17,905 bases of DNA. It comes from Promethearchaeota archaeon (GTDB lineage: Archaea > Asgardarchaeota > Lokiarchaeia > Sigyniarchaeales > SOKP01). A program made the position numbers and the translations under genes. The stretch is taken from assembly GCA_016926735.1 (NCBI GenBank), contig JAFGOA010000208.1, forward strand, positions 1 to 17,905. Direction: 5' to 3'. Positions 1 to 7,364 of the stretch are shown piece by piece (the stretch's first letter is position 1; every line of letters starts with the position of its first letter). The notes beneath the pieces were generated by a model. The model did not search any database. It saw only the letters and a list, made by a program, of their open reading frames with translations, and was not told the origin of the DNA.

Positions 1-47
1 AATAAATAATAATCTTTTATTTTTAAATTTAAAAAAGAGGAAAAGTC

Positions 48-953
48 GTGACTAAAGGAACTTTTTGTATTTTAATACCCCTAGATTCTGATTATAAAAT
101 TCTAGGTTATTATTTTAAAAATAAGGATGATGCAGATTTTAAGATAACAAGTGATTTATTTCTTCGATTAAATTTAGATCATGAGAGAAGTGATTATAAT
201 TTCTTAAAACTTAAAGATCATAAGATCTTTTCATACATCAAAAAATTTGAAGGAAAAAATAAAAATAAAGCCCTAGGATTCATACTTGGATTATTATTAG
301 ATGAAGAGGAAAAGCCAGATAAGTTTAGATCTCCTCTAAAAGAAGCATCTGAAAGTCTTGAAGATTTAAATATATTAAAAATTACAGAAGATGAATTCTC
401 TCTTAAAATCAAAGAAATATATCAAGAAACATTAGAACCTATGATTGATATTCTTAAACCTGAAGCTTTAAGAGACGCTGTTATAAATAGAACAAAAGAG
501 CTATTATCTGGAGGAAAAAAAGAAAGAAAACTGGCTCAAGAATTATTAGAGAAGGTAGAAAATAGAGAATATGAAAAAATAACTCAATATTATAAAAACG
601 CGAAAAATGAACTTAAATCAGATGATTATGAAAAAGCAGGAAAAATCTTTAGTAAAGCTTGTGAAATAGCTTTGGAATTATTAGGAGAAGATTCTGAAAT
701 AACCAAATCATTAAAAGAGAAAGCATCATATTCTCAAAAAACGCCCGAATTGTCAAAGAAAAGAGATAAAATTGTTCAAGATGCAAGGATTGCATTGAAA
801 AATGAGGATTTCCATCAAGCATATTTATTATATAAACAAGCAAGTGAAATATCTAAAGAATTGGTCCAATTTGAGAAAGAGGAAGAATATAGATTAAAAT
901 CTAAGGCTTTAAATGATTTCTATCAAGTTGATCTTAAATTTAAGAAAGAATAA
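48..953 (+). CDS. Hypothetical protein: N-terminal longin/uDENN-like domain plus C-terminal tandem helical (MIT/TPR-like) repeats
   Basis: 301-aa ORF with GTG start preceded by GAGG. The first ~125 aa show a beta-beta-alpha-beta-beta-beta-alpha-alpha pattern (GTFCILI / KILGYYF / helix / YNFLKL / KIFSYI / FILGLLL / two helices). The C-terminus has two similar repeats: AKNELKSDDYEKAGKIFSKACEIALEL and ARIALKNEDFHQAYLLYKQASEISKEL. Fold calls are inferred by eye. Confidence 0.55.
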   Translation: MTKGTFCILIPLDSDYKILGYYFKNKDDADFKITSDLFLRLNLDHERSDYNFLKLKDHKIFSYIKKFEGKNKNKALGFILGLLLDEEEKPDKFRSPLKEASESLEDLNILKITEDEFSLKIKEIYQETLEPMIDILKPEALRDAVINRTKELLSGGKKERKLAQELLEKVENREYEKITQYYKNAKNELKSDDYEKAGKIFSKACEIALELLGEDSEITKSLKEKASYSQKTPELSKKRDKIVQDARIALKNEDFHQAYLLYKQASEISKELVQFEKEEEYRLKSKALNDFYQVDLKFKKE

Positions 954-966
954 TACCAAAAATATT

Positions 967-1794
967 ATGAAAGAATATAAAAACAGAATAATCGCATTAA
1001 TAACTGATTTTGGTATTAAAGGTACTCATTATATTGCTTCTATGAAAGCAATAATCTTTAAAATATGTCCTATGGCAAATATTATTGATATCTCTCACTC
1101 CATAACTCCCTTTTCCATAATTGAAGCTTCATATATTTTAAAAACATCATATTCCTATTTTCCAAAGGGAAGTATCTTTATTATCGTAGTTGATCCTGGA
1201 GTTGGAAGTAAAAGAGATATTTTAATCCTTGAAACAAAAGATAATTACTATTTTATTGGTCCCGATAATGGCATTTTTACCCATATTTCTCATAGTGCTA
1301 TTAATTGTTTTATTGCCAAAAATAAGAATTATTTTAATAACCCAATATCTAATACATTTCATGGAAGAGATATTATGGCACCATTAGCTGCGTATTTATA
1401 TAATAGAATAGAACCTAATGAATTTGGCCCTAAAATTAATGTAAATAATATCTTACAATTAACTTTAGATTTTAAAATTATAAATAATCAAGAAATTGAA
1501 GGAATTATTCAATACATTGACACTTTTGGAAATGCTATTACAAATATCGAGATAGATAATGATCATATAGTAAACTCAAATATTTTTTTAGAAAATGGTC
1601 AAAAATTAAAGTTATATATTAAGAACAATGAATATGCTTGTAATTATAGTTTATACTTTGAATCAATACCAAAAAAATCACTTTTAATAATCAAGGGATC
1701 TACTGATTATCTTGAAATCTCTATTAATAAAGGTAATGCTTCTGATAAACTTAATATTTTCACAGGAGATAAGATAAAAATAAAATTTGATTAA
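967..1794 (+). CDS. SAM hydroxide adenosyltransferase / SAM hydrolase (DUF62, halogenase-related family)
   Basis: Motifs IALITDFG, VVDPGVGSKR, GPDNG, SNTFHGRDIMAPLAA, IDTFGNAITN, LEISINKGNA. ATG at 967 is preferred over 913 because it avoids overlap with the upstream gene. Confidence 0.93.
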   Translation: MKEYKNRIIALITDFGIKGTHYIASMKAIIFKICPMANIIDISHSITPFSIIEASYILKTSYSYFPKGSIFIIVVDPGVGSKRDILILETKDNYYFIGPDNGIFTHISHSAINCFIAKNKNYFNNPISNTFHGRDIMAPLAAYLYNRIEPNEFGPKINVNNILQLTLDFKIINNQEIEGIIQYIDTFGNAITNIEIDNDHIVNSNIFLENGQKLKLYIKNNEYACNYSLYFESIPKKSLLIIKGSTDYLEISINKGNASDKLNIFTGDKIKIKFD

Positions 1795-1803
1795 TGGATT
1801 AAT

Positions 1804-2943
1804 ATGGAAGATGAAATTATATCTTGTATTAAAAAAGAAAACATTAAATATCTACATTCCGGACAGATTTCAAAATATATTTTTCCTTTATCCCGAAAAG
1901 AAGCTCATAAAAAAAAAATCCCTCATTTAATCGTTAGAGTATTTATTTTATCTAAAACTTCAGAAGGAAATATAAAATTTTTAGTACAAAAAAGAGGTAA
2001 AAATAGGAAGAGCTATCCAAATTGTTTTACAGATTCCGCAAGTGGTCATGTTCTATATAAGAAAAATCTAGATCTAAATGGTATTAAACAAGACGCAATA
2101 AGGGAACTAATTGAAGAATTCGGCATTCTTCAAAAAAATATTGATAATTTCTATTATAGTGAATTAAAAATAGAAAATGATAATATAACTGATGAAATTG
2201 CATATATTTTTATTGGGACAATAAAATCTAACACAATTCTTAAACCTAATAAAGAAGAATTGGATCTCATTAATAGTAGATTTTATTCTCAAGAAGAATT
2301 AAAAAAAATACTTGAAAATAAAAAATGTGTAGATTATTCTAAAGAGATATGGAAAAGGTTAATAAAAACAGATTTAGAGATTTATTTTGAGAAAAAATCA
2401 ATAAAAAGAAAGCAGAATCACAAAATTGCTCTTTTTATTAGCCGATTCCAACCACTTCATCATGGTCATATATATATGATATATAAAATTCTTAAAAAGT
2501 CAAATTTTCTAAAAATTGGAATTGGAAGCTCTCAACTATCCAATGCTCTAAATAATCCTTTTACAAAAGAAGAAAGAAAACAGTTTATTATAACTGCATT
2601 GGAAAAAAGATCAATATCCACCAAAAAGTACGAAATATATTTTATACCAGATATTTTTAATGCAAATAAATGGGTTGACCATGTAAGTTCTATAGTTGGA
2701 GATTTTGATATTTTATATTCAAATAGTGATTGGATGAGAGAATTATTTAAAAAAAAAGGTTATGAAATTTCAAAAAAATCATTATTATTTAAAAAAAAAT
2801 ACAATGGTACTAATATCAGAAATTCTATTTTTAAAGAAAAAAAGCAATGGCGATTATTGATTCCTAATGAGGTTATTGAATTGATCAAAAAATTTAATGG
2901 ATTTGAAAGAATTAAAGATATATCAGAGAAAAATAGGGAATAA
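1804..2943 (+). CDS. nadM: Fusion of an N-terminal IDI/YfcD-like Nudix domain and a C-terminal archaeal nicotinamide-nucleotide adenylyltransferase (NadM-type)
   Basis: Nudix part: AHKKKIPH..VRVFI, LVQKR...RKSYP, SASGHV, AIRELIEEFGI. NMNAT part: SRFQPLHHGH (HxGH), IGIGSSQ, NPFTKEER, YNGTNIR, WRLLIPNEV. Confidence 0.88.
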   Translation: MEDEIISCIKKENIKYLHSGQISKYIFPLSRKEAHKKKIPHLIVRVFILSKTSEGNIKFLVQKRGKNRKSYPNCFTDSASGHVLYKKNLDLNGIKQDAIRELIEEFGILQKNIDNFYYSELKIENDNITDEIAYIFIGTIKSNTILKPNKEELDLINSRFYSQEELKKILENKKCVDYSKEIWKRLIKTDLEIYFEKKSIKRKQNHKIALFISRFQPLHHGHIYMIYKILKKSNFLKIGIGSSQLSNALNNPFTKEERKQFIITALEKRSISTKKYEIYFIPDIFNANKWVDHVSSIVGDFDILYSNSDWMRELFKKKGYEISKKSLLFKKKYNGTNIRNSIFKEKKQWRLLIPNEVIELIKKFNGFERIKDISEKNRE

Positions 2944-2963
2944 TCATATCAACTAAAGATTTA

Positions 2964-4010
2964 TTGGAAATTGATGGATCATTTGGAGAAGGTGGAGGAT
3001 CTATCATTCGATTGAGTGCGGGATATTCAATTTTATTTAACCAACCTATAAAGATTTATAATATTAGAGCAAATCGCTCAAAACCCGGTTTACGATTACA
3101 ACATTTATTAGGATTAAAAACTTTAGCTGAAATAACTAATAGTAATCTTAGTGATTGTGATATAGGCACAAATGAAATAATCTTATATCCTAATAATCAT
3201 AACATTAAAGAAAAATTAGAAGTAAATATAAAAACAGCTGCGAGTTTAGGTTTGTTATTACAACCGATTCAGATAGCCTGTCTTGGATTTCAAAATCCAA
3301 TAACCTTGGAAGTGATTCTAAACGGTGGTGGTACTTTAGGTAAATGGGCTCCTGGTTTAGATTATTTAAAAAATGTGACTTATCAAATATTTAAGAAAGC
3401 AAATTATGAAATCAATATTGATATTAAGAAATATGGATTTTATCCAAAAGGTGGTGCTAAGACAACCTGTTATATTACTCTTCCTAAAAAGGAATTAAAT
3501 CCTATCATATTAACTGAATTGGGTAATATTCATCTCATCAATGGTAATCTTGTTTGCTCTGAAAAACTCAAAAATGCAAGGGTGCTAGAACGAATAAAAA
3601 CTTCTATTGAGAAAGAAATAATAAGAGAAATGAATATCGATACTGAATTATCACTTAAATATGTTGATTCCCTTAGTATAGGTGTGGGGGTCTGTTTGTG
3701 GGCTAATTCAGATAATGGGGCAGTTATATCTTCAGGTACAATATTAGGAGAAAAAAATATATCCTCTGAAGAATTAGGTAATAATACAGCAAAAAAAATA
3801 ATCCGATATATCAAAAATAGAGTTCCTGTAGATAATTATCTTAGTGACCAACTTCTACCTATAATGGGATATATTAAAAAATCATCGAAAATAAAGGTTT
3901 TAGAAATTACAAATCATACAAGAACAAATTTAGAATTAATAAAACTGTTTACACATAGAGACTATACCATTGAAAATAAAAAAAACCATTCTATCATTGA
4001 ATTATATTAA
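2964..4010 (+). CDS. rtcA: RNA 3'-terminal phosphate cyclase
   Basis: EIDGSFGEGGGSIIR, IRANRSKPGLRLQHL, GFYPKGG, VDNYLSDQLLP, and the catalytic His in TNHTRTN. The start codon is uncertain (TTG 2964, or in-frame ATA at 2946). Confidence 0.95.
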   Translation: MEIDGSFGEGGGSIIRLSAGYSILFNQPIKIYNIRANRSKPGLRLQHLLGLKTLAEITNSNLSDCDIGTNEIILYPNNHNIKEKLEVNIKTAASLGLLLQPIQIACLGFQNPITLEVILNGGGTLGKWAPGLDYLKNVTYQIFKKANYEINIDIKKYGFYPKGGAKTTCYITLPKKELNPIILTELGNIHLINGNLVCSEKLKNARVLERIKTSIEKEIIREMNIDTELSLKYVDSLSIGVGVCLWANSDNGAVISSGTILGEKNISSEELGNNTAKKIIRYIKNRVPVDNYLSDQLLPIMGYIKKSSKIKVLEITNHTRTNLELIKLFTHRDYTIENKKNHSIIELY

Positions 4011-4018
4011 TTTTTTTT
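4011..4018 (+). terminator. Oligo-T tract directly after the rtcA stop, a possible archaeal terminator
   Basis: TTTTTTTT follows TAA at 4008-4010. Weak evidence in such AT-rich DNA. Confidence 0.35.
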
Positions 4019-4099
4019 AATAGGTTAATCTATCGTAAAGAAGTTTTTATAAGATGATTTTTATATGATTATTATAAAAACTTATTATGCTCAAATATT

Positions 4100-5017
4100 A
4101 TGTCAGCACTAGCTTTACAACGATGTCCTCGATGTGGTAATGAAAATAGTGGAGATTCTTATGCTTGCAGCTTTTGTGGTAAGAGATTAAGAATTGAGAG
4201 AATTGAGAGAATTCCTTTCTTTAAACGTATTGAAGAAGATTGGTATAATCCTTATCCTTGGTATTTTAAAATTCTTTATCTAATTATTAATCCTTCAAGA
4301 GCATTCTGGGATATAAATCATCTCAGAAAAAAAAGCCCAGGTTTATTAATAGTATTATTTAGTTCACTTTTATATGGTCTCATGGGATTAGTCCTATTTT
4401 CAAGGTTCAATTTCATTTCTGTTGATCTAGTTTTTACCTCTGTTTATTCTTTAGGATTTTTTGTAGTTTTTTTCTTATTTGGTTTTATTTATCAAGTATT
4501 ACTGTTTTATTTTCTAATTTGGATCTATACTAAAGGTGCTAATTATTCTGTTGGATTTACACAAAAATTAGAAAAACGATTCGGTATTGGAAAACAAAAA
4601 ACAGAAACATATGAACAAACTAAATTAAGTCCCTTTAGTATATATAAAGGAGGTACTTTACTTCAAAAACAAGAAGCATTTAAATCAAAAATGATGTTAT
4701 GTGCATTCACACCATTCATGGTTTCAAATCTTATAAAATTAATTATTGTCGCTTCTATCTTCTTTCCTGAGGATCCAATATCATTAGGTAGTACTGATCT
4801 TGACGTTTTTTTTTTGAATTTGATGAAAGAACCTGTATGGAGTATACTGGATGGTTTAGATGCTATCATTCTTGTTGCTTGGGTTCCAATATTAATAACA
4901 ATTTCGATTAGAGAATTATCTAATTCCTCTACTTATAGGGTTCTTATTACGTCCTATCTCATAAGTATTGTTGTGTCGATCTTTATTTTCTTTTTAAGAC
5001 CATCTTTATTTGGTTAA
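4100..5017 (+). CDS. Zinc-ribbon plus Yip1-domain multi-pass membrane protein
   Basis: N-terminal CPRC-x10-CSFC ribbon; LIINPSRAFWDI resembles the start of Yip1 domains; about five hydrophobic segments follow, with a charged insert after TM2. Confidence 0.75.
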   Translation: MSALALQRCPRCGNENSGDSYACSFCGKRLRIERIERIPFFKRIEEDWYNPYPWYFKILYLIINPSRAFWDINHLRKKSPGLLIVLFSSLLYGLMGLVLFSRFNFISVDLVFTSVYSLGFFVVFFLFGFIYQVLLFYFLIWIYTKGANYSVGFTQKLEKRFGIGKQKTETYEQTKLSPFSIYKGGTLLQKQEAFKSKMMLCAFTPFMVSNLIKLIIVASIFFPEDPISLGSTDLDVFFLNLMKEPVWSILDGLDAIILVAWVPILITISIRELSNSSTYRVLITSYLISIVVSIFIFFLRPSLFG

Positions 5018-5070
5018 AATTTATTAATTTTAAATCCTTAAAAAGATTATATTGTTATTCTTTGTAAAAA

Positions 5071-5724
5071 ATGACCTCTCAAGACAAATCAATTCATAAA
5101 TTAGAATCTGAATTATATGGAATCATAACTACATTTAATAAATTATATGAGAAATTTCAAAGGGGTATTGTAAGCAATGAATTTTTTCAAAAAACTTTTA
5201 GTAGTTTAATTTATGATTTTATAGATATTAAAATAATACTAAAATTAAATAAAATTGATTTAGTTGATATTATAAATGGTGATTATTTTATCAAAGAATA
5301 TAGTGAAATGAATTCGATTATAAAAGAATTATCACAAACAGACTTAACAGAAAAATTAATAACTATTCATGATGAAAAAAGATTAAAATACTCAAATTTA
5401 ATATCTCCATCATTGATAAATTTGCCTGGAATAACTTCTGAAATCACATCTTATTTTATTACATTAATGGATGCTATTAAATTAGATATTTCCGTTGGTG
5501 ACTCCTTTATTTTAGGGTTATTTAAGAATTTAAAGAGAGAACTCAATAAATTTCCAAGTTTTGACTATCTTAATAAGAAAATAGATAAGTTATCCATTCA
5601 TTTATCTCAAAATATTGAAACTTTTCGAGAAAATGATTTATATCGTGAGAAATTAGCTATTCATCTAAATAATATCTTTGAAGAATTTCAAGATGTACTT
5701 GATTTACAATTAGAAAAAAAATAA
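5071..5724 (+). CDS. vps28: Vps28-like ESCRT-I subunit
   Basis: N-terminal SELYGIITTFNKLYEKFQRGIVSNEFFQKTFSSLI resembles the Vps28 'AEL(Y/F)xII.T...LEKAY..D.(I/V)...EY...C..LL' segment. SEITSYFITLMDAIKLDI matches the C-terminal-domain FITxMDxLKL signature. At 217 aa it is about the size of eukaryotic Vps28. Confidence 0.85.
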   Translation: MTSQDKSIHKLESELYGIITTFNKLYEKFQRGIVSNEFFQKTFSSLIYDFIDIKIILKLNKIDLVDIINGDYFIKEYSEMNSIIKELSQTDLTEKLITIHDEKRLKYSNLISPSLINLPGITSEITSYFITLMDAIKLDISVGDSFILGLFKNLKRELNKFPSFDYLNKKIDKLSIHLSQNIETFRENDLYREKLAIHLNNIFEEFQDVLDLQLEKK

Positions 5725-5803
5725 AAAAATTAATTAAGTTTTCTATATTCTAAAAGATAACACGTAATAGATAAAAAGAATTTATATTATAAGGACGAGT
5801 ATT

Positions 5804-6073
5804 ATGCCACGGCCAAGTTTAAGATCAAAAAAACAAAAAAGAAAACAATTAAAAACACCTGGTAATAAAAATACCACTCACTATTGGCGAAAAAAGCCTA
5901 AAAGAGCAACTTGTATACTCTGTAAACAATCTTTAGTCTCTATTCCAAGATTAAGACCTTCTAAAATGAAGAAGATAAATAGAGTAGAGAGAAGAGCTAA
6001 TAGAATTGAAAGTGGTCGCTATTGTGCTAAATGCTTAAAATCCGTTATAGAAGAAAAAGTTAGAAATGTTTAA
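5804..6073 (+). CDS. rpl34e: 50S ribosomal protein L34e
   Basis: MPRPSLRS...KTPG..TTHY.RKKPKRATCILC...RRANR..SG.YCAKCL; highly basic; conserved position before cmk and L14e. Confidence 0.96.
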   Translation: MPRPSLRSKKQKRKQLKTPGNKNTTHYWRKKPKRATCILCKQSLVSIPRLRPSKMKKINRVERRANRIESGRYCAKCLKSVIEEKVRNV

Positions 6074-6228
6074 ATTTTTAATATTTAACCTCCTATAACC
6101 AGAATTAAAATATTTATCAATTATAACTATCCCTTATTATTATTTCAAAATTATATATCTATGTTAAATCTAAAATCATAAATATCCTATTTATCATTAA
6201 AATAATAAACAATTTATTGTGAACTGTA

Positions 6229-6774
6229 ATGATAATAACTATTTCGGGATTTCATGGAACAGGAAAAAGTACGATTGGAAAGCTATTGGCAGAAAGACTT
6301 AATTTTGAATATTATTCAACCGGATTTGCATTTAGAGATTTAGCAGAAGATATGAAGATGTCATTGGAAGAGTTTACATTATATGCTGAAAAAAATCCTG
6401 AAATTGACCAAAAATTAGATGAAAGGGTTGTAAATATTGGGAAAACACAAGACAATATTGTTATAGAAAGCCTTCTAAGCAGTTATTTTCTCAAAGATAT
6501 TGCTAATTTTAAAATATTGTTGATAGCTTCCTTAGAAACAAGAATACATAGAATGATTAATAGAGATAATTCTGATTATGAACAAAAAAGAAAAGAGACA
6601 ATTATGAGAGAAAATTCAGAAATAGAACGTTTTAAACTTTTATATAATATTGATATAGAGGATGAAAAACTCAAAAAAAAGATCTATGATATGATTATTG
6701 ATACAGATCATCAAAATATTGAAGATATTCTTAATAAAATAATAAATAGACTTCAAAAAAGTAAATTAATTTAA
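6229..6774 (+). CDS. cmk: Archaeal cytidylate kinase
   Basis: MIITISGFHGTGKST P-loop, STGFAFRDLAE..KMSLEEF, IDQKLD, RENSE..RF..LYNID; sits between rpl34e and rpl14e. Confidence 0.93.
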   Translation: MIITISGFHGTGKSTIGKLLAERLNFEYYSTGFAFRDLAEDMKMSLEEFTLYAEKNPEIDQKLDERVVNIGKTQDNIVIESLLSSYFLKDIANFKILLIASLETRIHRMINRDNSDYEQKRKETIMRENSEIERFKLLYNIDIEDEKLKKKIYDMIIDTDHQNIEDILNKIINRLQKSKLI

Positions 6775-6885
6775 AATTATAAAATCACAAAGATTTTATT
6801 CTTTTCTATCTTTTATTTCTTACCTGATTAATATAATTTATCAAGACTGGTTATAAATCAGTGTTATAAATTGAAAAAGTAATTT

Positions 6886-6890
6886 GGTGA
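6886..6890 (+). promoter_or_regulatory. Shine-Dalgarno-like site (GGTGA) for rpl14e
   Basis: GGTGA lies 9 nt upstream of ATG 6900 and is the typical archaeal SD core. TTATAAA boxes lie just upstream, near 6851 and 6864. Confidence 0.55.
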
Positions 6891-6899
6891 CGAATTATT

Positions 6900-7172
6900 A
6901 TGAGTATATATGATATCGGACGCGTTTGTGCTAAAACAATGGGTCGTGAGGCTGCACATTATTGTGTAATTGTAGATATTATTGATAAAAACTATCTTCT
7001 TATCGATGGATTAAAAGTAAAAAGAAGAAGAGTTAATTTTAGACATATCATTCCAACAGAAAATATTGTTCAAATTGCGAAAGGTGCTTCCCATGATGAT
7101 GTTGTTGGAGCAATAAAAGGCGCAAATTTAGAGAAGTTATTAAAGAGTAATGTAGAAATACCTACTGTTTAA
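6900..7172 (+). CDS. rpl14e: 50S ribosomal protein L14e
   Basis: YDIGRVCAKTMGREAAHYCVIVDIIDKNYLLIDG..VKRRRVNFRHI; KOW-like; conserved synteny. Confidence 0.96.
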   Translation: MSIYDIGRVCAKTMGREAAHYCVIVDIIDKNYLLIDGLKVKRRRVNFRHIIPTENIVQIAKGASHDDVVGAIKGANLEKLLKSNVEIPTV

Positions 7173-7197
7173 AATAAGGTTTATTTATTAGTGAGAA

Positions 7198-7205
7198 TTA
7201 TAAAT
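7198..7205 (+). promoter_or_regulatory. Putative TATA box for the tRNA-Ser gene
   Basis: TTATAAAT preceded by purine-rich GAGAA (BRE-like), about 40 nt upstream of the mature tRNA 5' end. Confidence 0.4.
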
Positions 7206-7242
7206 AGATATTCTTACATATTTTTTTATTTTTTAGAAATAA

Positions 7243-7344
7243 GCAGATGTAGCCTAGTGGTAAGACGCTGGATTGGAATTTAATGGACCATCCCAGAAAT
7301 CCAGTGCGTGTGAGCGCTCGGGGGTTCGAATCCCCTCATCTGCG
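7243..7344 (+). tRNA. tRNA-Ser(GGA) with a 20-nt intron at canonical position 37/38 (intron 7279-7298); CCA not encoded
   Basis: Acceptor stem GCAGATG/CATCTGC with discriminator G; anticodon stem CTGGA/TCCAG with anticodon GGA at 7275-7277; long variable arm GCGT-gtga-GCGC; T arm GGGGG-TTCGAAT-CCCCT; central splice helix TTGG/CCAG with an AAA bulge. Confidence 0.93.
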
Positions 7345-7364
7345 CTATTTTCTCATATAAAAAA

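Noticed and set aside
913-966. ATG 913 as start of the DUF62 gene
   Set aside because: It overlaps the upstream gene by 41 nt and adds a non-conserved extension; ATG 967 fits the family N-terminus.
967-1794. Fluorinase or chlorinase
   Set aside because: It retains the Asp/Arg/His residues (DPGVGSKR, TFHGRD) typical of hydroxide adenosyltransferases rather than halogenases.
1804-2390. Type 1 isopentenyl-diphosphate isomerase
   Set aside because: The motif pattern is similar, but the catalytic Cys before the GH motif is absent (DSASGH).
2964-4010. Eukaryote-like non-catalytic Rcl1
   Set aside because: The adenylylated His (TNHTRTN) and the N-terminal GEGGG motif are present, indicating true RtcA.
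218-4869. Short minus-strand ORFs 218-412, 649-843, 3530-3814 and 4663-4869
   Set aside because: They lie entirely antisense to longer, better-supported genes and have no recognisable motifs; shadow ORFs.
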